Source: Octopus sinensis (Eukaryota). Taken from it: a stretch of DNA of 64,000 nucleotides. The stretch spans positions 39,990,001 to 40,054,000 of the forward strand of contig NC_043006.1 of assembly GCF_006345805.1 (NCBI RefSeq), written 5' to 3'. This document shows positions 36,816 to 49,884 of the stretch, piece by piece (position 1 is the first letter of the stretch; every line of letters begins with the position of its first letter). The position numbers were made by a program, and so were the translations under genes. The notes beneath the pieces are model-generated. The model did no database searches. It saw only the letters and a list, made by a program, of their open reading frames with translations, and was not told the origin of the DNA.

Positions 36816-38099
36816 ATAGATTTTCAATATTTATAGGCGTTAAAAAGTGGCTACTTCAGAAGGAGAAATAGCAAGGAGGGCTGCTGGACACAGTGGCGGC
36901 TGCAGTGACCTCTGTAAGTACACTAATACATTGCCAAATTATTTTTAAGTGAAAAAGAAAAAAAAAAAAAACCTAATAAAATAGACTATTGCAAAATGAA
37001 GTATACAGACAGAGCTTCAAGCGTAAACACTTGTTGTTGTAGAGTAGAAGACAAAAATGAATAATGCTGGAAATATTTATTTGAATGGGAAAAAGGAAAA
37101 CAAGAAAAGAAAAATATAAACCCGAATTGTTGGTAGTGGAGACACTGACATTGTTACTGTGAACAAAAAAATTATATCTTTTGCAAATATTTTGGGTAAA
37201 ACAGAGCGACGCAGCTTAAAACAGCTCAAGGAATAGCAGAGATTGTTACAAAGGAAGTGCATCTTTGCCCGAGGAATTCACTCAGGAAAGGAAGAGGAGA
37301 AATGTGAAACATCCCTTGGAGGGTTTCCGTATGTACTCGAAGGAGGATTTGGATAAGCTCTGGCCAATGTGTGGTATTATCTGTAATGGACACCATTGAA
37401 CGAAGCATGGCAGATTGAAGCGTGTGTCTGGCTTTTAAAACTAAGACGAAAATAGGAAGACAGCTAAAGATGGTTTACTCGAAGCATGCCTACAGGCTGG
37501 TGCCACAGTACCACGAGTCTTAGGAACACTACATGGCGACCAAAGATATTCATATGGATGTCTCTTGACTTCACATCACGGACATATGATGAAGGCAGAA
37601 GTGATCTGTAACAAGTGGTCGAGTGAGATCTGTAATGAAAGCCAAGTCTTGATGGCTGCCAAAGGTTACAATACTTTCATAGACTTTCCATAGATGCTCA
37701 GAGAGAAGGTCACGCAAATAGGTGGCGCTCTGTGAGAAGGCTCAATTGCTACACGTTCAGTGATAACGGATATGAGAAGAAAAGAGAAAGAGTAACGAAA
37801 TAAGTAGACAGTAACAAAGACAGCAACAAGAACCGGATCAACATTGTTTACTTAAGCCAGTGCTGGTGTTTAAAAAAGTCAAATCAAATATTGTGCTGAT
37901 TGAAGAGGTAGAATTCCAGGTGACCTAAGATGATGGATTGCTAATAAAAAATACACAAGAAGTCAATATTGAAGAGTTCAGTTTGCAAAAGGTGATCAGA
38001 AGCAGTTTTAAGCCTTGTGTATCCGATCCGTGTGTGTGTGTGTGAAACCGTTAACCCAGGTATGTTTCTTTTTCTCTCTGTATTTTCCCCCTCTTTCCT

Positions 38100-38225
38100 T
38101 ATTCCTTTCAGTATTTTAGCGCAGGCTCGAAACGTCAAAGAATCTTCCATTTTCCCCGAGCGGTAGACTAATACACCGTGTTTTGTTGCTCTCACACTTG
38201 TCTTTGTCTACTGTATTTTGATTTT
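38100..38225 (+). mobile_element. PLE-type pLTR fragment with a decayed hammerhead-like motif
   Basis: AGC-GCAG-GCTC GAAAC GTC AAAGAAT; stem I ATTC(C)TTT/AAAGAAT pairs, but the core positions read CAGTATT. Confidence 0.5.
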
Positions 38226-38227
38226 TG

Positions 38228-38351
38228 TTCTAGGTTCAGTCCCACTGCGTGGCACCTTGGGTAAGTGTCTTCTATGATAGCCTCGGGCCGACCAAAACCT
38301 TGTGAGTGGATTTGGTAGACGGAAACTGAAAGAAGCCCGTCATATATATAT

Positions 38352-38397
<46 letters not shown>

Positions 38398-38775
38398 TAG
38401 CAGTATCGCCCGGCGTTGCTCAGGTTTGTAAGGGAAAAATAACTATAAGCATTTTTAGAGAGTTATAGCCAAAAAAAAAACAAAAAAATGGAAAAAAAAT
38501 GATGGTAAATTTTTTTGAGAGTTAAAAAAGTGGAGTTGCGTCCCCTAGACGGTCTGTGGTTTGGGTTTCTGATTCTCGACCCCATGTCGAATTTATCGAT
38601 TTTTTTCAGAACTGGGGGAACTTTTCAAAATTTTCGCTGCGTTAGTTTTGAATTATGACATGGGCTATGTGTGTGTGTGTTTCATTTCATCAGAATCGGT
38701 GAAAGCCGTGGTCAGAGTGAGGGTACGAGAAAACAGACACACAGAAAACGCACAGACAAACTGCCGTTTATATAG

Positions 38776-38809
<34 letters not shown>

Positions 38810-39020
38810 GTGTGTGTGTGTGTTTTCCCCACCATCGCTTGACAACCGATGCTTGTGTGTTTATATCCCCGTAACTTAGCGGTTCGGCAAAAGAGCCTGA
38901 TGGAATAAGTACCAGGCTTACAAAAAATAAGTCCGCGGATCGATTTCTTCGACGAACTCCCTCTAAGGCGGTGCTCCAGCATAGCCTCCGTCAAATGACT
39001 GAAACAATTAGAAGAATAAA
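38228..39020 (+). mobile_element. SINE family C split by a Helitron in its (TA)n
   Basis: 5' half 38228-38345, 3' half about 38810-39020. Confidence 0.88.
38397..38776 (-). mobile_element. Non-autonomous Helitron, second copy
   Basis: Reverse complement of 19609-19981 (CTAGCAGTATCGCCCGGCGTTGCTC...CTGCCGTTTATATAGA), inserted in (TA)n. Confidence 0.88.
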
Positions 39021-39419
39021 AGAATATATATGCCGTATATACTCGAATAATAGTCGATCTCAGGTAAAAGTCGAACCCCTGTGTTTGGCCAAAAATTGGG
39101 AATTTTCCAAGTACTGGGATCAATTTGATCGACTAAAATCTTCTCGGCACTACCCCAGCATGGCCGTGGTCGAAGACACACACACACACCACACACACAC
39201 ACACACATGCATAGTAGCAGTTTGCTTCACATCACGTAGCCTAAATTTTTGTGGGCACATACTTTGACTCTGCACTTAGCGTCTGATGAGATGGACATAA
39301 CCTACGCAGCTACGAAATGTTAAGTCATTCAATGAAGGTGAGTCAAACCATCACCAAAAAAATATATATATATATATACGTAGCTCCTAGCAAACGTATT
39401 GAGTGCTACATTTTTCATT

Positions 39420-41230
39420 TCCTCATTCGCGCGCGCATACAACATACATGCACATGTACGCACACATACTTCCACACCTATACACCCCCCACCCCCCCAC
39501 GCGCACACACACATGCCCGTGCACACATACCAACAAACAATACTCATACAGATACGCACACACTTATAAACACTTAGCAGAGACACACACACACATACAC
39601 GCACGTAAGCGCACACCCGCAAACAAGCACACGCATGTACATTACGCCCACACAACTAAAAAAACCTCCCACACTCATACGCATAGATTCACACACACAT
39701 ACATACATACACACACATACACACATACACATACACACACATACACACACATACATACACACACATACATACACACATACATACATACACACACACACAC
39801 ATACATACACACAAACATACATACACACATACATACATACATACATACACACACACATACACACATACATACACACACATGCATACACACACATACATAC
39901 ATGCATACATACACACACACACACTTACACACATACATACATACATACATACATACATACATACATACATACACACATACATACACACATACATACATAC
40001 ACACACACACACATACACACAAACATACATACACACATACATACATACATACATACATACACACACACATACACACATACATACACACACATGCATACAC
40101 ACACATACATACACACTATCATACATACACACACCAACACACTTACACACATACATACATACATACATACATACATACATACATACATACCTCATACATA
40201 CACACATACATATGGGGTTGGCTGTATTGCAGGCGTGCGTCAGTGTGTGTATGTGTGTGCCTGTGTTTTCACATACACCCACACCAAATTTTTTCCATGA
40301 ATCTTTCAATTATAAAGTGTGTGTTTGCATACATATATATACACACATATAAGCACACATATAAACCTCTACATTTGTACACACACGCACATGTATACAT
40401 ACATTCACTCGCACGCACGTACACACACATACACACACACACACACATTTACATATATATATACAATACACGCACACACACATACACACGTACAAACACA
40501 CACAAATTCACATACACACCGATACATATACATGCACACAATATATACCTACACGCGCACGCACACATACACATACGTACACACATATAAGCACAGACAC
40601 ACACATACGCACACAAAAACATGCGCACACATACGCACGCGCACACGCACGCCAATGCACACACTCAAAACTCACAACCCCACGGATACACGTATATACA
40701 TCCATATACGCTTACACACACACACATACAAACGCACACATACACGCACACACAACTACACGCACATACATACACACATACACTCACACACACAAATGAA
40801 CCCACACATACATCCCATACACACGGCACACAATTATACATACACGCACACAATTATACATACATATATATACACACACACGCACGTACAAGCATACATG
40901 CACACATACACTAAGTTAAGCACAGTTACTCGCCACACACTCAAACTCTACGCATGCACACACGAACACACACATACACACACACACTACAAACAAAACA
41001 CACACACGATACATATACATACACGCACACACACATACCTCTTTGTTTTGACCTGTGGCTGGACACAAAAAACACCACTCCTTATTCTTACAAACTGGCC
41101 AACTATTAGCCAGTTGTTCGCCATACACACATGCACACACACACGCACACACACACACGTGTCATCATTGCACACATACACACACACGCACACGCTGACC
41201 TCCGCGCACGCACACATCCACACACATTCT
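39420..41230. repeat. About 1.8-kb degenerate (CA)/(CATA) microsatellite field
   Basis: Visible directly; source of the 395-aa and 311-aa HT-rich ORFs. Confidence 0.95.
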
Positions 41231-41249
41231 CCCTCTCACTTTCCTTGTC

Positions 41250-41550
41250 TTTGACATACTACCATACTGTCTTTGAAAACTCTCCTGTCTTTAAAAAAAT
41301 TATTCTTCCACCTTTCTACTTCCGGTCTTTCAAAATGTGACCCCGTGAGTACCGTTGGCGATTTTTTCCCTCTGTCTTCCCTTCTCGGGATCTTTTCTTC
41401 TCCTATGTTTCCGACGAAGAGCTCCGCTCGAAACGTTAAACCCTTCTTCCCTTCTCTCCTGAGCGTCCAATAATACTTTATTTGTTCCACGTATTCGCGT
41501 TGTTGTGTTTTTTTTGTTTTTTTTTGTGTTTTCTTGTTTGGATTAACTAT
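41250..41550 (+). mobile_element. PLE-type pLTR repeat with a variant-core hammerhead-like motif at 41407-41443
   Basis: GTTTCCGACGAAGAGCTCCGCTCGAAACGTTAAACCC...CCTGAGCGTCCAATA...TTGGATTAACT followed by (TA)n; homologous to 26277-26410. Confidence 0.65.
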
Positions 41551-41599
41551 ATATATATATATATGTGTGTGTGTATGTGTGTGTGTGTGTGTGTGCGTG

Positions 41600-41810
41600 C
41601 GTGTGTGTATGTGTGCGTTTGTGTTTGTCACACCACCATCGCTTGACAACCGATGTTGGTGTGTTTACGTCCCTGTAACAGAGCGGTTCGGCAAAAGAGA
41701 CCTATAAAATAAGTACTAAGCTTACAAACAATAGGTTCCTGGGTAGATTTGTTCGACTAAAGGTGATGCTCCAGCATGGTCGCAGTGAAATGACTGAAAC
41801 AAATAAACGA
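41600..41810 (+). mobile_element. SINE family C 3' half
   Basis: CATCGCTTGACAACCGATG...GCTCCAGCATGGTCGCAG. Confidence 0.85.
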
Positions 41811-41999
41811 ATATATATATATTTATATATATATATGTTTGTGTGCATGTATGTATGTGTGTGTTTATAAAAAAAATCATCACGCACATGCATCGCTTGA
41901 AAAAAAGTAAGACCCGTCACGAAAATGGCTGATCATAGCCTTTGCCTGTGTGGAACTTCTGATCAGGTGATGGCAATAATCGAACAAGAGTTTGCAGCC

Positions 42000-42004
42000 A
42001 CCAC

Positions 42005-42049
<45 letters not shown>

Positions 42050-42080
42050 ATATAACATATATGTATGTATGCATAATGTG

Positions 42081-42114
<34 letters not shown>

Positions 42115-43358
42115 ATATATATATAAATATACATAGTTTAGGACCAGCTTTGTAGACACACCTACCTTGGTATATTTGTATACAAATCTCTCTCCACAAA
42201 CAAATACCAAAAGATCACACCCACAACACACACACTTGCATGCAGATACACGCACATACCGCACTACAGATGCACATAGTGTGTATATATATATATATGT
42301 ACGTATATATATATATCTATATATATATATATAAGATTATTATATATATATATATACTATATATATATATATATATACAGTACATGTATATGTATATATA
42401 ATATTATATATATATATATATAATATAAGTACATATATATGTATACACACGCATAAAAAGAGACAGAGAAAGAGAGACGGAGGGAGAGATGGAGAGGAAG
42501 AGAGAAATGGCTGCGTTCAATAGATATAATATATACGCATATTGCATATTTTCATGAGACTACTCAACTGAAACACGATAGTATGCCGTTGAAGACTTTC
42601 TACTTGATGCACACTCGCTCCAGTTTTTCAAAGTTCAATACATTTAATTAGCATTAACGTCTGGAAATATTGGCCTAAAAGATCTTGAAAGAAGCTCTCA
42701 GACAAACTACGATATTTGTGCATACACACACGCGCATATATATATATATACACGCACAAACATGAATACATTTATAAACACGTATTTTATGCGCATAAAC
42801 ATATATATATATTATATATATATATATATATGCACATACATGTACGTATGATTCCATATGTATGCACATATATCGCATGTGTATATATTATAAATATTTA
42901 TCGATACGTGCTCATATACGCTATACATGGGCATTAAATATACGCGCACGCATGAACACGCAAGCATATGTATACGACACGTACCCAATTTGTGTGTTAT
43001 TGTGTTTGTATGTATGTGAGTGTGTGTGTGTGTGTGGTGTGTGTGTGTGTGTGTGTATGTGTGTGTATATATATCTATATATACATTCATGTTGGCATAC
43101 GCATCCGTGTATATATTATTGTCTTTACATTCATATGACACGTACACACATTCATATTATATATGTACACATAAATGTGTATATATACTCACGTATATAT
43201 ATATATATATAATACGTGCACATATGCACGTGTGTATATATGTATACCCTCAGATAATTATGTGTATATATGCACGCACACATATGCATGCGTATATATA
43301 TATATGAATATATATTCCTATCTATATATGCATATACGTATATATATAAGCTATATAT

Positions 43359-43428
<70 letters not shown>

Positions 43429-43912
43429 ATATGTATATGATCTATATAATATATGCGTATCTATCTATCTATCTGTATAATATACATGTGTATATGTAAG
43501 TTCTTACATATACGCGTTCATACACATACATAGGCAGGCGCATATATGCATACACATATATGTATGTACATATGTGCATGCCTATGTGCGTGTACGCATG
43601 TGTATATGTAAGAACTTGGTTTTTGAGTAAATGTCAACTATTTATCAACCTGTTTGCGTGTAAGCATATTTCGTGTATATATCCATCGATCACATACGCA
43701 CAATGCACATGAGCACACACATCTGTACATATACGTGTGCGTGTGTCTGTACGGATGTATGTGCATGTGTATTCAAACGTAATTGTGCTTATGCGTCAAT
43801 ATGAATCCTAAGGTGTTCATTGAATATGTATGATTGCGTGCGGTCGTGCGCGTGTAGAGATTGTTGTATGCGCTCAAGCGTTCGTATGTATGCGTACACT
43901 TAAGTTTTTATT

Positions 43913-43959
<47 letters not shown>

Positions 43960-43960
43960 T
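42000..43960. repeat. Degenerate (TA)/(TG)/(GA) microsatellite field
   Basis: Visible directly. Confidence 0.9.
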
Positions 43961-44419
43961 AAATGCCTGTATATGGATGTAGTATATTTATGTGTGGTGG
44001 AAGGAGCGGTAATTGAAGCTTGGAATGATGTTCAGGCAATCAAGATGGCCGCCAATAGTCCAATATGGAAGACATTAGTGCTTTAATGATTGCATTATCT
44101 TTAAAAGGCAACAAAAGCCATTGGAAGGCTCTAGAACAACGGACCTTTGAGAATTTATGAGACGAGTAAGAGAGAAAGGGAGACAGAGAGAGAGAGAGAG
44201 AGATGGGGAGTGAGAGAGACAAAGAGAACAGAAGAGAACGACAAACGATGTGCGTTTGTGTGTATGCGTGAGAAAAGAGATAGATAGAGAGAAATAAAGA
44301 GGAGGGTAAGAGAGTGAAAGAGAAGGAAAGAGAGAAAGACGGAGGTAGGTAGGGAGGGAGAGAGAGAGAGTAAAAGAAAAAGAGACAGAGTTAGCGGAAA
44401 GCGGTAAGGATTAAGACGG

Positions 44420-44428
44420 GAGATATGA

Positions 44429-44461
<33 letters not shown>

Positions 44462-44940
44462 ATATGTGTAAGTATGTATATATGAATGTATATATGTATT
44501 TATGTATATATGCATGTATGCATGCATATATGTATGCATGTATGTATGCATATATGTGTGCATGTATGTATGTATGTATGTATGTATGCTTGTATGTGTG
44601 CATTATGTATACATGTACGTATGTGTGCATCTGCGTGTATGATGTATGTGTACGAATGTATATTATGTGTGTATGTAGGTAGATTATGTATGTGTGTGTA
44701 GGTATATTCTTTTGTGTATGCATGTGGTTGGGTACGTCTATGTATGCATGCATGTATATATGTATGTACGTATGTATGCGTATGTCTGTATGTATTTATG
44801 CACGTGTGTACGTATAAGTATGCATGTATGTATGTATGCATGCATGTATGCATGCATGTATATTTGTGTGTATGCTTGCATGTGCATGGCTCACCTTTAT
44901 AATAAGTGTGTGCGTGTGTGTGTATGCGTCTGTGTATGTT
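44420..44940. repeat. Degenerate (TATG)/(TG) microsatellite field
   Basis: Visible directly. Confidence 0.95.
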
Positions 44941-45672
44941 TTTGTCGAAGTGAACGACAATAAGAAAGAAAAAAATATAACAATGGTTTAACATTATTAG
45001 TAAAAAAAAACCCCAAAAAATGAACGCAAAAATCCTCCGCGCTGTTCCATAGCAGCAGCAGTGACAACAACACCATCATCATCATCAGCAGCAGCAACAA
45101 CAACAACAACAACAACAAGTACCAACATTGCAATAACGATTATAGGAACAGTAAGAGAAACGATAAACATATATACTACGACAACGTCAGAAACAATAAC
45201 GATAAGGAAAAACAGCAACACGCGCACTCACACAGACGCGCGCGCGCGCGCAATTAATGCCATCTATGTAGATAATGGTAAAAGGTTTATAGTGCACTTT
45301 TGTGTGTGTGTGTGTCCTTTCAAGTAGTCTTTACACTTCCACACGTTACATAAATGCACATATATGCATATATATACATCTCTCTCTCTCTCTCCCTCTC
45401 ATGTATGTATATATGTATGTATATATATTATATATATATATATATGCTTGTCTGTGTCTATCTACCTGTCTACCTGCCTCTCTAACTATAGTAGTAGTAT
45501 ATATATAATATATATATAATATATATATATTATTTATACATAATGTTTATATAGCATACAGGTATTCTATTACTCGTTCACTGACATGTATATAATATTT
45601 TATATATGCAAAAACATAAAATGTTATGCATAGACATAAAAATTACATTAATATATACTGATATTATTATTA

Positions 45673-45729
<57 letters not shown>

Positions 45730-46340
45730 CATCACGTGCCTTCCTGCTCTACATATATATATGCCTCGGGTATGTGCTGTGGTGTGATGTGTTTTAGTGA
45801 TATTTTTATTGTTTTAAAAGATGCGAGGTACTTAGCATTGCTAGTATGTTATATACATTTCTAAGACTATGCGTTTGTCTATTTCAACGATGCCCAATGC
45901 TTCTATTATTATAGGGATTATCTCTCTCTTCTGACCCCCACATCCGGGTTATCTCTATTTCTTGCTCTTTCTATTTCGGGAGCTTCTCCGTTTCTTTTGG
46001 AGATACATAGTTATCTGCTGGGACTAATGTGTCGATTAAAAGGCATTTTTTTGACAACAATATTCATGACAACAATATCTGGTCTATTAACCTTGATCTC
46101 CGTATGTGTATTGGCACAGCCCATTATATGGTTGCTTAGTCCTTTTCTGAGACATTTTTTTGGAATATTCCTATACCATCTTTTTTCCTGTCGTCATTCG
46201 GTGGTGCTGGCACAGTTTCCATTGTATATAGACCCCAGCTGTGTAATGTTTGAGGAAGAATTTCTCAATGATTTATCGTTTTTTTCCCAACGACACATAT
46301 TCTGCAATTATTTATTGCATTTTTCTTCATTATGCGTTTT
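45730..46340 (-). mobile_element. 3' end of an RLE-type (R4/Dong-like) non-LTR retrotransposon
   Basis: Minus strand encodes EIKVNRPDIVV...KKCLLIDTLVPAD...KETEKLPK*KEQEIEITRMWG...PIIIEALG (restriction-like endonuclease region); 3' end abuts (TAA)n at about 45665-45730. Confidence 0.8.
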
Positions 46341-46343
46341 GCT

Positions 46344-46468
<125 letters not shown>

Positions 46469-47896
46469 TATATATATATAAATACACATATACATACATG
46501 CACGCATGAACACTCCCTCACACACACACACACACACAACACACACATATATATATATATATATATGTATAAAAAAATATATAAAAATACAAAATGGGAC
46601 AAGAACGCAAAACACTCAAAGAGACGACACAAAAACGGACGGGTCATTCGAAGCCTCTAATCTTCAGTCAAGAACCGGATCATCCTCGCAATTTCGGCTG
46701 ATTAATCTTGAGATCGCTCCGATCCGGCCAGCCCCAAGGAAAAACTAAGCTACGAGCATTAGATTTCTTGGGAAAAGGATCGAATGTATACGAAACAAGG
46801 ACAGAAAAACGGGCGATGCCACACGAATATAAATACAAAAAAGAATAATAGTAATAACAGGACAAAAACAGCGGGTGTCTTACGACTTTAGACAGTTCAA
46901 CTTAGCTTAGCTGGCATATTTGGAAAAAAATGCCTTTACGGCAGACGAAGAAAACGATGTTGTCGTGGCGGTGGTCAGAAGCCGAAAGGCTAGTTGATAC
47001 ACAGCCACACGTATGCATGAATAAATCCATATACATACATACGTATTCATACACATACATATAAGTACACATGCATATGTATACACATACATAAATAAAT
47101 AAATATATATATATATATATAGGCATGCACACATACATATATATACCAATATGTGTGTGCGTGTATGTGTGCAGCGTACACGCATGCCTGTTTTTTCTCT
47201 CTATTGATAGATATAAAATGTCTAAGAGTTGTCACAAAATTTACAACGTATCTAAGAAAACTTATGTCTTCAAAGGGTGGAGTTAATTTTATGCCACGAG
47301 CAAAAAGTAACCAGATTTTCCCTCTTCCAAACAGCATAATATATTATTAAATTGATTGAACTCTTTATTAATATTTTCCGACGCGAAACATCACTAGTTT
47401 CACCGGAATCGACTGTTTTACTAAGAAAACTTAAGCCACACCTCACATCTTTCATTCTACTTCAGTCTTAATATTTTCAAACATATCAATGAGATTGACC
47501 GCCAACCGTCATAGGAGATTACTTTTGAATCCAAAGGCTTATATGGTTTTAGATGTCGGAAATTGAAAGCTAGAAAAAATTTCATGGTTTCGTTAACGAC
47601 GAGTTTATTGCCGAGGATTATGGAACTATCTCGGCCATTGCTCAACTTTCAAATGAAATCTTACGAAGTTATAGGAATTTAAAACTGATGCACATAAGAG
47701 CTCACTTAAAACACACACACGCGCGCGCGCGTGTGCAAATTATTTTGTTTTTTGTTTTGGAATGGTGGATTTTGAAGCAAATAAAACCATGAACAGATAA
47801 TTCAAAACAGAATTATCCCACGCCCACGCGAATGTTTGTTAAAGTCCTTATGAAGTCAAGAAATATATATATATATACATATATATATATGGAGAG

Positions 47897-47933
<37 letters not shown>

Positions 47934-47934
47934 T

Positions 47935-48242
47935 GGCGCAATGGCCCAGTGGTTAGGGGGGCAGCGGACTCGCTGTCGTAGGATCGCGGTTTCGATTCCC
48001 AGACCGGGCGTTGTGTGTGTTTATTGAGCGAAAACACCTAAAAAGCTCCACGAGGCTCCGGCAGGGGTTGGTGATCCCTGCTGTACTCTTTCACCACTCT
48101 TTCTCTCACTCTTTCTGCTGTTGGCCTGCTCGCTTAGCCAGCGGGGTGGCGTCATTCGAAGGCTAAAATAATGCGAACGCATTGTGACCAGCGATGTGTA
48201 GCAACATCTGATGGTCTGGTCGGTCATGTGATCATGTGATAT
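47935..48242 (+). mobile_element. SINE family A with a third tail type ending in GTGATCA(C/T)GTGA-(TA)n
   Basis: Head GGCGCAATGGCCCAGTGGTTAGG; tail CTGTTGGCCTGCTCGCTTAGCC...CATCTGATGGTCTGGTCGGTCATGTGATCATGTGA. Confidence 0.88.
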
Positions 48243-48253
48243 ATATATATATG

Positions 48254-49308
48254 TAGGGGTTGGACAAGAAAATGGAAACACCTAGCATCATAAATTTTTA
48301 AATATCTATAAAACCTCCAAAAGCTTGTTTATTTTTGCTTTTTTGATTTATTATTAGTGTTGTTTAATATGTTTTACTTAAATTGCTGTTTCTTTTCAGA
48401 TATCATCAGAAAAAGGTAATTAAAATTCATTAAAATGACAGATCTATCGGACTTTCATAGAGGTCAAATTGTTGGTGCTCGAATGGCAGGTGCTAGCGTA
48501 AGGGAAACAGCCGAATTGTTTGGTGTAGCAAGAAGTACTGTCTCGAAAGTAATGGCAGCCTTTGAGAAAGAGGGAAAAACCTCCTCGTTGAAACAAAACT
48601 CCAAAAGAAAACCAAAACTTTCAGATAGGGACCGTCGAACTCTTACGCGCATTGCTGGAAAGGATCACAAAAGTACAGCTCCCAAAATTACTGCAGAGCT
48701 TAATGATCACCTCGAGACCCCAGTTTCCACAAAGACTATTCGCCGGTTGCAGCAGCAAGCCGGATTTTACGGGAGGGCTGCAACCAGGAAACCACTACTT
48801 TCAAAAATAAATGTTGCAAAGCATTTAGAATAGAGTAAAAATCTACAGAATTGGTCCCTAGAGCTGTGGAAGAATTTTATTTTAACGGATGAGTCATTCT
48901 TTAATTTATTTCTGACCACCGGTTGAGTATACAAGAAGCATTTAATCAAGACTGCCTTCTTCCAACTGTTAAACATGGAGGATTTGTGATGATAATGCAC
49001 CTATTCACACAGCTAAAGTTGTTACTGAATGGCACGAGGAACATTATATTGAAGTTGAACATCTTATCTGGCCACCACAGTCCCTAGATCTCAATATTAT
49101 TGATAATTTATGGTGCATTTTAGAAAAACAAGTAAGGAGTCGATATCACTACAAGAACTGGAGGCTGCTTTAGCAGAAGAATGGACAAGTAATCCTTTAG
49201 AAACAATTCAAACTTTGTACGAGTCCATACCTCGTAGAATTCAAGCTGTAATTACTGCCAAGGGCGGTCTTACCCCATATTAAAATAAGTTTGTTTGAAA
49301 TTTTAAGG
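48254..49308 (+). mobile_element. Tc1-like DNA transposon, internally deleted, right TIR lost
   Basis: Left TIR (T)AGGGGTTGGACAAGAAAATGGAAACACC matches the TIR at 50986; transposase relics follow; 3' end ATATTAAAATAAGTTTGTTTGAAATTTTAAGG. Confidence 0.92.
48435..49282 (+). pseudogene. Tc1-family transposase pseudogene
   Basis: ORF 48435-48833 has paired-like HTH (MTDLSDFHRGQIVGAR...ARSTVSKV), RKPKLSDRDRR and RKPLLSK; downstream LTDES, DNAPIH, WPPQSLDLNIIDNLW motifs are broken by stops and deletions. Confidence 0.9.
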
Positions 49309-49480
49309 GTAGTGGCAATCCCTGCTGTACTCTTTCGCTACAACTTTCTCTCACTCTTTCTTCTGTTGGCCTGCTCGCTTAGCCACTGGGGTGGCATCAT
49401 TTGAAGGCTTAAACAATGCAAAACGCATTGTGACCAGCGATGTGTAGCAACATCTGATAGCCTGGTCGATCACGGTGATG
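49309..49480 (+). mobile_element. SINE family A, third tail type, 5'-truncated
   Basis: CCCTGCTGTACTCTTTCG...CTGTTGGCCTGCTCGCTTAGCC...GTCGATCACGGTGA. Confidence 0.85.
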
Positions 49481-49497
49481 TATATTATATATATATA

Positions 49498-49872
49498 TAT
49501 CTTTTATTCTTTTCAGTCATTTGACTGTGGCCATGCTGGAGCACCGCCTTTTAGTCGAAGAAATCGACCCCTAGACTTATTCCTTGTAAGCCTAGTACTG
49601 ATTCTATCGGTCTCTCTTGCTGAACCGCTAAGTTATGGGGACGTAAACACACCAGCACCGGTTGTCAAGCGATGGCAGAGGGACAGACAGCCACAAACAC
49701 ACAAATATATACATATACATAAGCTTCTTTCAGTTTCCGTCTACTAAATCCTGTCACAAGGCTTTGGTCGTCCCGAGGTTATAGTAGAAGACACTTGCTC
49801 AAGGTGCCACACAGTGGAACTGAACCCAGAACCATGTGGTTGGGAAGCAAGCTTCTTACCACACAGCCACGC
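49498..49872 (-). mobile_element. SINE family C
   Basis: TTTCAGTCATTTGACTGTGGCCATGCTGG...CTTACCACACAGCCACG. Confidence 0.9.
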
Positions 49873-49884
49873 ATGGCCTATATA

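Noticed and set aside
39280-39330. CTGATGAG...CGAAATG hammerhead-like motif
   Set aside because: No stem II pairing and no GAAAC/GUH closure.
39403-41254. 395-aa and 311-aa His/Thr-rich ORFs, and all similar HT/CV/YI ORFs in the track
   Set aside because: Translations of CA/TA microsatellites.
46590-46900. Repeat-like segment with CTGAAGA on the minus strand
   Set aside because: Followed by GAATG rather than GAAAC and stems do not close; probably a TE fragment but not classifiable.
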